Shown: positions 1 to 12,767, numbered from the stretch's first letter. The stretch is DNA of 64,000 bases from Felis catus (GCF_018350175.1 NC_058368.1:124808001-124872000), one strand, 5' to 3'. The notes: generated by a model not told the origin, from the sequence alone. Numbers and translations: made by a program.

Positions 1-254
1 AAAAGAAAAAAAGAAGTCGAGTGGGATGGAAAAAATCAAGATGAGAAGTTTAAATAGTACTGAGATTGAGTACAAGATCGAGGAGGGAAGAATTGGGCTG
101 AAAAAGGACATCCATGGAAGGATATGAGAGATCAGGACAGAAGAAACACCCCAGAGAATCCTGAGAAAGTACTGTGAATGACAAACCGTGAGAATTCTTA
201 AAGTCAGAGATGGAAAGGACAATGGGGAAATGACTTCTGTTAAGCAGGTGGTTT

Positions 255-415
255 ACATATTCTCCATTCAATCCTCACAAAAATCCCATGAGAGGTTATT
301 ATTACACCCATCTTACAGATGAGAAACTATGTCTCAAAGAAGTTAACCTGCCTATAGTCAAAAAACTAAAATGTAATAAAGCTAAGATCCTTTTCAGGAT
401 TGACACCAAAATCCA
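255..415 (-). mobile_element. MIR SINE fragment (ancient)
   Basis: Matches the reverse MIR core: aatcctcacaa...cccatgagagg...cccatcttacagatgagaaact. Boundaries approximate. Confidence 0.7.
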
Positions 416-2692
416 TCTAAGAACTAGGTCATGGTTTCCTTTCCACTGGAAACAGTCACACAGGTTACGGTGCAGAGATAAAACCTTTTCTTACAGCTAC
501 ATATGAAAAATAACATTGGCACATCAGAGTATGCTTCTAACATCATAGCCTGGACATGCCCTATTCTACTAACCTTTACTTTGGGCCAGAACAATTATTT
601 GCAAGCATTATATGACCTTGAACTTGGGTTTCAGTCAATCAAAGAGTGATCAAGGTGGGAATTTCTTTAATTTGTTGAGGTGATACAAAGAAGATCGTAT
701 CAAGAGTTTATGTCCCCAATTCAAAGTAAGGCAATGTGAGTTCTCACCTAGTAACAATAATTTATTTTTCTTCCTCATTTCAACTCCGATTAGGTTTCAG
801 AAGTCTTAGTACATATTCAGTTTCAATTCCCTTACTGTTATGTACTTAAGTTTGATCATATTTTCAGTACAACATAGCTCCAAAAATTCTCATAACTCCT
901 CTATTAAGAATATACCACTAGACAGATACATTGGAGAAATGCTCAAGAACTGATTAAAAGTTCTGATTCCTTTCCTAGTTTATTCTATTCCAAGGAAACT
1001 GGCTGGACATATCACAATAACTTCTTCAGGAGACACATTTTGCTTTCATTTATGATTATAATACAGATGGAAATTAATTTAAGTGATCTCTTATAAAGTT
1101 TCTTTTTGTCTACAAGTCACTTCCAAATCCTTCCTTCCCAAAAAATACTATAATATCAAAATAACTGAGTGATATCATTTTTTAAACTCCTGACAAGAAG
1201 AACATCAAATTGCCAGAAAAGAGTTTCCTCATCAAGACAAGTCTTGTGAAACCTTTTTTTAAATCCAGACTGAATTCACTTTTTACTGGTGTCCACATTG
1301 AATTATAAACAACACATTCTGAGGTGTTATTTTTAGATGTTTTTAATTTGTCTGGTCTAATACGCAACCTAAAATTTTCCATTTAGGGTGTAACAATACT
1401 TAAAAACAAAACCAAACAAAACCTTTTTCCTGTTCTGTTTAAGGTGGGTGGATCAAAGAATGTCTAGGCAGATAAGAGAGCTTCAGATACTGAGCAGTCC
1501 CAGTTACTGAGAAGAATAAAAAAGAGGGTTCTTGCAACTATGGCTGTGAGTACTTTCTTACTCAAGAAGACATGAGAACTTTCCAAACAACTCTTGGTAA
1601 ATGTTCAATTTAATTTGCTACATTTCATATCTTCTCAGTCTTCAAAGGCTATAAATTTGGAACTTTAGTAAAGTTTTGAAATTTAAGTTCCATTTATTCT
1701 TGGCCAAGCCCAGCAGTCTGGTTCCTGGGATGGGAGAGGGGAAGGTCAAACTGTCGAAATAGCATCTGATGATTTCCCCATCACTAAATCTCCCCAGAGA
1801 AAGAGTTAAAAATGTTTGCTGTCATTTTTAAAGTATGGGCTTAAAATACAACTTAAAAAGGTGTTTTGTTTTTTAGATGCCAAGGAACAAGAAATTCTGA
1901 TTCTGTAGATTGAGTCCCACATTTCTTCTTAAGTAACTTTTCATTGAAGTTGAGTGCCTTCCCCACAGCGGTGGTAAAGAAATGTGTTCATTGCCATCTG
2001 TAATCAAGATATGAAAAAAATTCTCAAAGGGCCAGTCACATCTTCAGTACGATATGAGGGCTTAAGGGTTCATTAATGATTTTTTGTGCGTGTGCTTTTA
2101 TTATGGTTCTATCTCACAAATATGAACTTAATTTGACTTTCACAAAATAAATAAGAGAGCCATTCTGAAATCTCCAGTTTGACTTCTAGGTAAGCCACAT
2201 CGTTACACACAGCATCCACCAACACACCAGTCCTCAGACTGCCATCACATTTGAGATAGAGCAGGAAAAAAATTGTCAGGGGAGAAATGTAAATTCTAGA
2301 GACAGAATTGATCAATCTTTCCTCTTGTCCCCTACAGTGCTATATACAACACAGGGTTGGAAGTTGACATCTCAACGATTAATAGTCTTATCTCAGTTTA
2401 CAAATCCTCTGGAAGGAAGCTCCTTTATGAGACGTGCATTGTGGATAAACAAACAGAAAATTCATAAATCACTGTCACTGCATAACAATGCTGTTCCATA
2501 CCTGCTGTCCATCTGCCCTTGCCCCAAATAAGATCCTCTTTAGATAAATCCAAGCCATCTTCCATGTTTGTTTTTCATCCCATCTTCAGTTTTAGGGCCC
2601 ATTTCCTTCTATACTCCCTTCAGGGCCTGAAGTTCTCTTTCTTTACATCACCCTCAATCGTATTAAATAATGTGTATGAAACATCTAGTGCA

Positions 2693-2798
2693 GGGGCACC
2701 CAGGGTGGTTCAGTTGGTTAAGCACCCAGCTCTTGATTTCAGCTCAGGTCATGATCTCACAGTTTGTGAGATTGAACCCTGTGTCAGGCTCTGTGCTG
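2693..2798 (+). mobile_element. CanSINE 5' half (tRNA-derived head, 3'-truncated)
   Basis: ggggcacccagggtggttcagttggttaagc...cagctcaggtcatgatctcacagtttgtgag. No CT tract or A tail follows. Confidence 0.85.
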
Positions 2799-3171
2799 TG
2801 TACTCACCCACTGAATCAGTCCTCAGTTAGTGTTAAACCTCAGGCTAATCTATCAGTTAGAAGGTGCACTTGGCTACTCATGATAGAGAATCCAAAAATA
2901 GTGACCTAAAGACACAAAGGTATTTTCTGTCATGTGAAAAAGAAATCTGGAGGAGGCAAGTCAGGGTCGCTGTGATGATTCAGCAAAGTCTCCAAGGACC
3001 AAGAGTCCTTCTACCCGTTTCATATCTCAACAAACAGCTCTGTTTTCAAGGTCACCTCCACATCCAGGATGGCTAATTGGGGTACTAGCTCCTATCAGCT
3101 TTCCAGCTAGCAAGGAAACAGGAAGGACTAAGGGTACAAGTGTCCTCCCTCCTTTTTAAAAATCCTTTCTA

Positions 3172-3276
3172 GGGGTACCTGGCTGGCTCAGTCAGTGGAG
3201 CATGAAAGTCTTGATCTTGGGGTTATGGGTTCAAGCCCCATGTTGGATATGAAGATTACTTAAAAATAAAATCTTA
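3172..3276 (+). mobile_element. Short CanSINE (older subtype)
   Basis: ggggtacctggctggctcagtcagtggagcatg...ttcaagccccatgttgg...gattacttaaaaataaaatctt. Confidence 0.85.
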
Positions 3277-3427
3277 AAGAAGAAGAAGAGGAGAAAGAGA
3301 AGGAGAAGGAGAAGGAGAAGGAGAAGGAGAAGGAGAAGAAGAAGAAGAAGAAGAAGAAGAAGAAGAAGAAGAAGAAGAAGAAGAAGAAGAAGAAGAAGAA
3401 GAAGAAGAAGAAGAAAGAAGAAAGAAG
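3277..3427. repeat. Compound polypurine microsatellite (GAGAAG)n then (GAA)n, derived from the SINE tail
   Basis: Directly visible. Explains the poly-L, poly-F and poly-S ORFs at 3231-3493. Confidence 0.97.
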
Positions 3428-3622
3428 GGGAAGCCACCTTTCTGGAAGTCCCATAGAATACTGCCCACGTCTAGTCAGCCAAAGCCTGGTCACATGGCCA
3501 CACCTATCTTAAGAGAAACCCCATCTTTGCTGAGCACACTGTTGTCCTGGGAAAACCAAGCATCTATTGGTTAAGGAGAGAGGAAGAGCATTATCTATGT
3601 CTGCCAACAAGGGACTACACGC

Positions 3623-3626
<4 letters not shown>

Positions 3627-3656
<30 letters not shown>
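3627..3656. repeat. (AC)15 microsatellite
   Basis: Directly visible. Confidence 0.95.
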
Positions 3657-3658
<2 letters not shown>

Positions 3659-5019
3659 CCCATCCCCTACACCCCCTTTTTCTTGACTCCCACTGAACAA
3701 CAAAGCACACGTTTGGAATACATTTCAATATGTGTTAAGTAAGCTACTTTGAGTAGACTTTATTCACACATTTTTGCTATCACATTTTTGATGAGGCAAA
3801 ACATGAAACTTAACCATATCTCAGCCTTGGTTGGAGAAAGCAGCTGGCCAGACAGCAGGGCCACATGGTGTATATATGCAGAGTGTAAATCTGGATCACA
3901 CACACTGTGATGATGCTGGCAGTTGGGATAAAAATAAATACCTCCCAAAACTCTCCACATTGTGATTATAGCATTCAAACCTTAAGTGCAAGGGTGGTGA
4001 AAGCAAACAGCAGGAAAATGAACTCACTGTAACACCTCCCTGAAGGAAAGCTGATAGGGTCTGAAAAAAACTAGAGACAACATTTAATAGAAAACTCTCT
4101 CAGCCTCTCTCTCCCTCTCTCTCTCTCAGCCTCTTCACAACCACCCCCCACCCATTGTGGGGGGGGAGGGGCTATCTGTGTGTCTCTGTCTCTCTTTGAC
4201 TCCCTCCCCCTTCCCGTACCTAAGATGTATCAGAGCTGCAGTTTTACTTAACTTTTGTGAGCTAACTGTAAAGCACCTATATGCAAATCTCTAAAGAGCT
4301 TCTCCCTCCATTAAAACACTCCAAGTCATTGGCTAACCTGGATTTGGAGTTCCTCCGTATTTAGAGCCTTGCAAGGCAGACAAAAACTCCTTTATAAAGA
4401 AGCTCGGAAAGAACTGAACTCTGAAACGATAGGGTCTTCGTGTTCTTTGTGTAGGTAGGCAATTTCCCAGCAAGGTTTCGGGTTTTGCAGTTAGCTTTTG
4501 TGAATACAATAAAAGAGAGATAGTAACCTTTACAGCAAGTAGCAGCAGCACCCCAACACTAGGCTATGTGAAAACAGATCACATTACCAAGAGCCTCACA
4601 CTGCAGCACAAAGTTATTGTGCAAAACTGGGTTCTGTTGTAGGCATCCAGGTAGCCTTTCTTCATCGAGGCAGGTCATTGTAACTATGTAAACTGATTAG
4701 TTTTCATTACGGGAAAACTTCCTTCCCCCCAGTTTAATTGATATTGAAAGTCACAGCTAAATGCATTTGTGTGGGAAGCTGTGGAGGGAAAGGCAGAAAA
4801 CGAGGAAATCTTTTTAAGGGCAAAGGAAGTGTCCACAAGCTAAGTAAACTACTGGGTGAATCACCTCACATGCACAACTGTTCTGTAGCTCCTCCAGGTG
4901 CTGTGTATGACCTGCTACCGTAGATGGTAACTCAGGAGTATGACTACCTCAATCAAGCCATCACACCAACAAAGTTTGGGAACTGCTGATGCTTTCCTGT
5001 CATGAGAATGGATGGTATT

Positions 5020-5383
5020 TTTTTTTGCAGGAATGGAATTTACTGATTCATCACTTACATATAACATCCAGTGCTCATCCCAACAAGTGTCCTTACTGCC
5101 CCATGCCGATTTAGCCCATCCTCCCACCCAACACCCCTCCAGCAACCCTCAGTTTATTCTTTGTATTTAAGAGTCTCTGACAGTTTGTCTCCCTGTTTTT
5201 ATATTATTTTTGCTTCCCTTCCCTTATATTCATCTGTTTTGTATCTTAAATTCCACATATGAGTGAAATCATATACTTGTCTTTCTCTGAATGACTTATT
5301 TCACTTAACATAATACACTCTAGTTCCATCCATGTTGTTGCAAATGGCAAGATTCCATTCTTTTTGATCACTGAATAATATTC

Positions 5384-5433
<50 letters not shown>

Positions 5434-7655
5434 CATATCTTCTTTATCCATTCATCAGTTGATGTATATTTGGACTCTTTCCATACTTTGGCTATTGTTG
5501 ACAGTGCTGCTATAAACATCGGGGTGCATGTGCCCCTTTGAAACAGCACTCCTGTAACCTTTCAACAGAGTGGCTGTACCAGTTTGCATTCCCACCAGCA
5601 ATGCTAAAGAGATCCTCTTTCTCCGCATCCTGGCCAGCATCTGTTGTTGCCTGAGTTGTTAATGTTAGCCATTCTAACAGGTGTGAGGTGGTATCTCATT
5701 GTGGTTTTGATTTGTATTTCCCTGATGATGAGTGATGTTGAGCATCTTTTCATATGTCTGTTAGCCATCTGGATGTCTTCTTGGAAAAATGTCTTTTCAT
5801 GTCTTGCCCATTTCTTCATTGGATTATTCGTTTTTTGGGTGTTGAGTTTGATAAGTTCTTTATGGATTTTGGATACTAACTCTTTATCTGATATGTCATT
5901 TGCAAATATCTTCTCCCATTCCATCAGTTGCCTTTTAGTTTTGCTGACTATTTTCTTTGCTGTACAGAAGTTTTTTATCATGATGGGGTCCCAATTGCTC
6001 ATTTTTGCTTTTTTTTTCCCTTGCCTCCAGAGATGTGTCATTTAAGAAGTTGCTGTGGCCAAGGTCAAAGAAGTTGTTGTCTGTTTTCTCCTCTAGGATT
6101 TTGATGGCTTCCTGTCTTATATTTAGGTCTTTCATCCGTTTTGAGTTTATTTTATGTATGGTCTAAGAAAGTGATCCAGGTTCATTCTTCTGCATGTCAC
6201 TGTCCAGTTTTCCCAACACCATTTGTTGAAGAGACAGTCTTTTTCCCATTGGATACTCTTTCCTGCTTTGTCAAAGATTAGTTGGCCATACATTTGTGGG
6301 TCCATTGCTGGCTCCTTTATTCTATTCCATTGATCTATGTGTCTGTTTTTGTGTGACTACATACTGTCTTGATGATTACAGCTTTGTAATACATCTTGAA
6401 GTCTGGGATTATGATGCCTCCACTTTTGGTTTTCTTTTTCAACATTATTCAACATTACTTTGGCTATTCGAGGTCTTTCTGGTTCCATACAAATTTTAGA
6501 ATTGTTTGTTCTAGCTCTGTGAAGAATTCTGGTGTTTTGATAGGGATTGCATTGGATGTGTAGATTGCTTTGCATAGCATCGACATTTTAACAATATTTG
6601 TTCTTCCAATCCATGAGTATGGAATGTTTTTCCTTTTTTTTTATTGGTGTCTTCTTCAATTTCTTTAATAAGCTTTTTATAGTTTTCAGTGTACAGATTT
6701 TTCACCTCTTCAGTTAGGTTTATTCCTAGGTATTTTATGGGTTTTGGTACAACTGTAAATGGGATCAATTCCTTGATTTTCTTTCTGATGCTTCATTATT
6801 GGTGTAAAGAAAAGCAACAGATTTCTGGACTTTGATTTTATATCCTGTGACTTTGCTGAATTCATGGATCAGTTTTAGCAGTTTTGTGGTGGAGTCTTTC
6901 AGGTTTTCCACATAGAGTATCATGTTGTCTGTGAAAAGTGAAAGTTTGACTTCCTCCTTGCCAATTTGAATGCCTTTTATTTCTTTCTATTGTCTGATTG
7001 CTGAGGCTAGGACTTCCAACACTATGTTAAATGACAGTGGTGAGAGTGAAAATCCTTATGGTGTTCCTGACATAAGGGGGAAAGTTCTCACTTTCTCTCC
7101 ATTGAGGATGATATTAGCTATGGATCTTTCATATATGGCCTTTATGATCTTGAGGTATGATCCCCCTATCCCTACTTTCTTGAGAGTTTTTATTAAGAAA
7201 GGATGCTGTATTTTGTCAAATGCTTTCTCTGCATCTAATGAGAGGATCATGTGGTTCTTATCCTTTTTTTTATTAATGTTCCTGTCATATCAGGTCAGTC
7301 AGATCCCTGTCATAACCTACAAATTCCTGTTGGATGTATCACATTGATTGATTTGCAGGTATTGAACCAGCATCGCATCCCAGGAATAAATCCCACTTGA
7401 TTGTGGTGAATAATTCTTTTAATGTATTGTTGAATCTGGTTTGCTAGTATCTTATTGAGAATTTTTATATCCATGTCCATCAGGTAAACTGGTCTGTAGT
7501 TATCCTTTTTACTGGGGTCTTTGTCTGGTTTGGGAATCAAGGTAATGCAGCCCTTGTAGAATAAGTTTGGAAGTTTTTCTTCCATTTCTATTTTTTGGAA
7601 CAGCTTCAAAAGAATAGGCATTAATTCTTCTTTAATGTTGGGTCAAATACCCCTG
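5020..7655 (-). mobile_element. 5'-truncated carnivore LINE-1 (~2.6 kb): decayed ORF2 RT/C-terminal region plus 3'UTR
   Basis: Minus-strand ORF fragments with L1 ORF2 motifs: [57 protein letters not shown]-tail at 5020. TSD aatggatggtatt at 5007-5019 and 7661-7673. Confidence 0.96.
5389..5430. repeat. (TA)21 microsatellite inside the L1
   Basis: Directly visible. Confidence 0.95.
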
Positions 7656-7989
7656 GAGATAATGGATGGTATTAAATTAAGACATGTCATCTTCTCTGAA
7701 GACTTTCTTCTAACTTGGTTCATAAAACATCAGCATTGCATAAAATTATATACTATCTAATAAATATAAATATTAAAAACCATATCCTAATAGAAACTGG
7801 TCCTTTGAGCTGAACTTCTACTGGAAGAATTTCAAGGCATTATTCTTATCTATCACTGTTAACTGGTGTCCTCCACATTACTATGGACAAGTTGATACTG
7901 TGTGGAAGAGGCAACAGGTGATGGAAATTCAGTGCCAATAAATGCTGTTCAGTTGACAGAAGACCTAGAAAATGTGAGTGAGGAAAGCA

Positions 7990-8130
7990 GACATTCAATC
8001 AAAACTATCAACCAAGAGCTATTTATTGAATGCCATCTATATGCCACTATAAGACACTATTCTAGTGTTAGACATTGTTCTAGGAATTAAACAAACCAGA
8101 TCCTTGCCCTGGTAGAGCTCACATTCAAGT
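7990..8130 (-). mobile_element. L2 LINE 3' end fragment
   Basis: atttattgaatgccatctatatgcca...tccttgccctggtagagctcacattc is typical reversed L2 3' end. Confidence 0.6.
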
Positions 8131-9084
8131 GACATTTCTTATACTGGCCATACAGGCAAAGTTCCTCACTAGGCATTGTTGGGGCACAAGGATCAATAAT
8201 TCACAGCCACTAATAATCCTCACTTCTCTCACATCTAGTGAGGGAGATACCAATGCCACATTAAGAGCTTTACAAGGATACTCTCAGGGCTCAAAGGAAG
8301 TATGTATCCATGTGAAGTGGTATGAGACTAATAAACTTGCATGAGTAAAACCAAACTAGCCCAAACTAGGAAGTGCTAAGGAGTTACAGAAGGGAGTATG
8401 GTAAGGTGAGGCCATCTCAGGAAGATTAAACTACTTTTGAATCAGGAATTTAGGGCTCTTAGTACCAGATCCCTGTCATAACCTACAAATTCCTGTTGGA
8501 CCCAATCAGAGCATTGACTGAAGGCCATAACCCATCAAGTCCGGAGTCCAAGTGGCTAAAAGTAGGGTGTAAAGGCTATCAGGACATTTTAGACATGTGT
8601 TTGTGACTCACTCTGTATTTCAGGCTTTCTTAAGGACTGAAAAGTACGTGCCTCAGAGGTCACAAAGTAACCCAAGGAAGTATTTTGTTTGGCCTGCAAA
8701 TTACTTGAAAAAAATAATTTTTTGACCCAACATTTAAATATCAAAACACATCCCATGTTAAAATGGTGATCTGCAGCTTCTTTAAAAGAAAAAAGAAGAT
8801 ATGGAAACACTTGGCCTACACTACTGAAATATAGTAAGAGGCCAGAGCTGGAGAGCTTTTTGACCCCCACCCCACCCTTCTCAGTAGATGGGCCTTACAC
8901 CCACACACGCACAGTCCTCACCACTTCCTGTGGCCTACCCTAATATAAACATACCCGCCAGTTGACGTTTTTATGACAATTACAATGTTGATATTTTATA
9001 GTCAAGAAATAACTTCTTCCCATGTCATTTTTAAATATGGGGACATGAAAGACCTGAGGGACTATATACCTTTCAAGAAAAAAA

Positions 9085-9450
9085 TCATTCTTTCCTTCAT
9101 TCTGTGTGTTTTAATTGACAGCTTACTAGGAGCCACATACTATTTTAAACATTACAGATACAGCAGGGGTGGGAGGAGGGGAAAGCATGTTCCTACCCTT
9201 GTGAAGCTCTTTCCTGTTTCTTAGAGATAGATAATAAACAAATATACAATATACCTTCAAGGAATTATATGTAATATGAGAATAAAAAAAAAAGCAGGGT
9301 AGGGTTAAGGGTAGAGTGTGTAGAGATGGGGTAAAGAGGCACATGAATTGGTCAGGGAAGGCCACTCTGATGAGGCAGCAGTTGAACAGAAACCTGAAAG
9401 ATCTGAAGGAGTGAGCACTGAGAAGGTATATGTCTTTGTGGGAGGAAAAA
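9085..9450 (-). mobile_element. L2 LINE fragment
   Basis: ggtcagggaaggccactctgatgaggcagcagttgaacagaaacctgaa resembles reversed L2. Confidence 0.6.
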
Positions 9451-9678
9451 ACATATTTTTTCCTTCCAACATATTTAGTATGCAAGGGGAATTTGTGTCA
9501 AAAGAACCTAAGACACCAATATGAAATAAATCAAGGTAAAAATTATGGAACAGCACACAGACAAATTGAGGTCCAGTCTTGAAGAAGCTTTTAAATATCT
9601 ATATTTTATATTTGTATAATCATTTCACTGGAGAGAAGACCAAAATCCAGTTTAATATTAGCAATCTAATTATATTTC

Positions 9679-11894
9679 TTTTTTTTTCAATTTGGTTTCT
9701 TATTTAATTTATTTTTTTAATATGAAATTTATTGTCAAATTGGTTTCCATACAACACCCAGTGCTCATCCCAAAAGGTGCCCTCCTCAATACACATCACA
9801 CACCACCCTCCCCTCCCTCCCACCCCCCATCAACCCTCAGTTTATTCTCAGTTTTTAAGAGTCTCTTATGCTTTGGCTCTCTCCCTCTCTAACTCTTTTT
9901 TTTTTTCTTCCCCTCCCCCCATGGACTTCTGTTAAGCTTCTCAGGATCCACATAAGAGTGAAAACATATGGTATCTGTTTTTCTCTGTATGACTTATTTC
10001 ACTTAGCATCACACTCTCCAGTTCCATCCACATTGCTACAAAAGGCCATATTTCATTCTTTCTCATTGCCACATATTCCATTGTGTATATAAACCGCAAT
10101 TTCTTTATCCATTCATCAGTTGATGGACATTTAGGCTCTTTCCATAATTTGGCTATTGTTGAAAGTGCTGCTATAAACATTGGGGTACAAGTGTCCCTAT
10201 GCATCAGTGTTCCTGTATGCCTTGGGTAAATTCGTAGCAATGCTATTGCTGGGTCATAGGGTAGGTCTATTTTTAATTTTTTGAGGAACCTCCACACTGT
10301 TTTCCAGAGTAGCTGCACCACTTTGCATTCCCACCAACAGTGCAAGAGGGTTCCCGTTTCCCCACATCCTCCCCAGCATCTATAGTCTCCTGATTTGTTC
10401 ATTTTAGCCATTCTGGCATGAGGTGATATCTGAGTGTGGTTTTGATTTGCATTTCCCTGATGAGGAGCGACGTTGAGCATATTTTCATGTGCCTGTTGGC
10501 CATCTGGATGTCTTCTTGAGAGAAGTGTCTATTCATGTTTTCTGCCCATTATTTGTTTTTCGGGTGTGGAGTTTGGTGAGCTCTTTATAGATTTTGGATA
10601 CTATGGGGACATCAGACTTTGTCTGATATGTCATTTGCAAATATCTTTTCCCATTCTGTTGGTTGCCTTTTAGTTTTATTGATTGTTTCCTTTGCTGTGC
10701 AGAAGCTTTTTATCTTCATGAGGTCCCAATAGTTCATTTTTGCTTTTAATTCCCTTGCCTTTGGGGATGTGTCAAGTAAGAAATTGCTGTGGCTGAGGTC
10801 AGAGAGGTTTTTTCTGCTTTCGCCTCTAGGGTTTTGATGGTGTCCTGTCTCACATTCAGGTCCTTCATCCATTTTGAGTTTGTTTTTGTGAATGGTGTGA
10901 GAAAGTGGTCTAGTTTCAACCTTCTGCATGTTGCTGTCCAGTTGTCCCAGCACCATTTGTTAAAGAGATGGTCTTTTTTCCATTGGATATTCTTTTCTGC
11001 TTTCTCAAAGATTAGTTGACCATACTTTTGTGGGTTCAATTCTGGAGTCTCTATTCTATTCCATTGGTCTATGTGTCTGTTTTTGTGCCAATACCATGCT
11101 CTCTTGATGATGACAGCTTTGTAGTAGAGGCTAAAGTCTGGGATTGTGATGTCTCCCGCTTTGGTCTTCTTCTTCAATATTACTTTGGCTATTTGGGGTC
11201 TTTTGTGGTTCCATAAGAATTTTAGGATTGCTTGTTCTAGCTTCGAGAAGAATGCTGGTGCAATTTTGATTGGGATTGCATTGAATGTGTAGATAGCTTT
11301 GGGTACTATTGACATTTTAGCAATATTTATTCTTCCAATCCATGAGCACGGAATGTTTTTCCATTTCTTTGTATCTTCTTCAATTTCCTTCATAAGCTTT
11401 CTATAGTTTTCAGCATACAGATCTTTTACATCTTTGGTTAGGTTTATTCCTAGGTATTTTATGATTCTTGGTGCAGTTGTGAAGGGGATCAGTTTCTTTA
11501 TTTGTCTTTCTGTTGCTTCATTATTGGTGTATAAGAATGCAACTGATTTCTGTACATTGATTTTGTATCCTGTGACTTTGCTGAATTCATGAATCAGTTC
11601 TAGCAGACTTTTGGTAGTCTATCAGATTTTCCATGTATAATATCATGTCATCTGCAAGAAGTGAAAGTCGGGATAGAAGGAACATACTTAAACATCATAA
11701 AAGCCATTTATGAAAAGCCCACAGCTAATATCATCTTCAATGGGGAAAAACTGAGAGCTTTTTCCCTGAGATCAGGAACACAACAGGGATGACCACTCTC
11801 ACTGCTGTTGTTTAACATAGTGTTGGAAGTTCTAGCATCAGCAATCAGACAACAAAAGGAAATCAAAGGCATCAAAATTGGCAAAGATGAAGTT
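9679..11894 (-). mobile_element. Young felid-type LINE-1 (~2.2 kb) with 5' inversion
   Basis: 215-aa and 179-aa ORF2 fragments ([30 protein letters not shown]). Perfect 16-bp TSD aatctaattatatttc at 9663-9678 and 11895-11910. Segment ~11663-11894 is in + orientation. Confidence 0.97.
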
Positions 11895-11914
11895 AATCTA
11901 ATTATATTTCAATA

Positions 11915-12060
11915 TTAGTGACCTCAAGGGATAGGTGAGAAAATTTCCATTCTACAGATAGACGAGTAGAGCTCAGAATGGCTATGTCCTTGTTTACAAT
12001 AATATGGCTATCAAGTAGCAAAGATGAGACAAACCTATCCTGACTCCAGTCCTAGGGTCT
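11915..12060 (-). mobile_element. MIR fragment
   Basis: ccattctacagatagacgagtagagctcaga...tgactccagtcc. Confidence 0.5.
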
Positions 12061-12558
12061 TTCCAAGGTAGTCCTTTAATAACTTCCTCTGAAGCACCTG
12101 CAACAAGAAAAGGTGAAAGCAAACCTGGGAGAAGGAAGTGAGGGAGTACTGAAGTTTAGAAGTCCAGAAATATTCCCAAGCAATCAGCTGTCGATAAAAA
12201 AAAAAATCATGATTTTATGTTATATTGAATTGCATACATTTATCCCATAATATATCTGTATTTTTTCAATTTTGATCAAAGAAACACACTAAAGGAAGAT
12301 GTGTTACATCTATTGCCCAAGTTTTCTTGCTATCCCTCCAAATGCAGTGAGTACCCTAGTTTTGAAAAAAATGCTAGAGGTCTGCAGAATTTCACTAGCA
12401 AACTACCAGAACCAGAGCCAGTATGGAATTAAAGACACAGCAGTGTGACAGACCACAATATTCTACATCAAATGCATAATTACTGAGATATATAAAAGTG
12501 ATTAAAATACTTTCTATATTTCAAACACATGCCAGCATGTATTACAAAATGATGTTCA

Positions 12559-12767
12559 GGGGCGCCTGGGTGGCGCAGTCAGTTAAGCGTCCAACTTCAG
12601 CCAGGTCATGATCTCGCGGTCCGTGAGTTCGAGCCCCGCGTCGGGCTCTGGGCTGATGGCTCAGAGCCTGGAGCCTGTTTCCGATTCTGTGTCTCCCTCT
12701 CTCTCTGCCCCTCCCCCGTTCATGCTCTGTCTCTCTGTGTCCCAAAAATAAATAAACGTTGAAAAAA
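12559..12767 (+). mobile_element. Young felid CanSINE, full length
   Basis: Intact head with CpGs, CT tract, aataaa and A tail. Perfect TSD aaaatgatgttca at 12546-12558 and 12768-12780. Confidence 0.97.

Larger units (their letters stand above)
2851..3609 (-). mobile_element. MaLR LTR (MLT1K/L-like), interrupted by a SINE and a microsatellite
   Basis: Starts tatcagttag (reverse of an MLT1 end) and contains caggatggct, ggtcacatggccacaccta and ...tgtctgccaaca, resembling reversed MLT1 consensus. Confidence 0.6.

Noticed and set aside
3231..3493. Poly-Leu, poly-Phe and poly-Ser ORFs
   Set aside because: Translations of the GAA/GAGAAG microsatellite.
9941..11393. Longest ORFs (179 and 215 aa) as a functional reverse transcriptase gene
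   Set aside because: Frameshifted fragments of a 5'-truncated L1 lacking promoter, ORF1 and endonuclease.
12559..12640. tRNA-like A/B-box sequence
   Set aside because: It is the tRNA-derived head of a SINE followed by a CT tract, A tail and TSD, not a tRNA gene.
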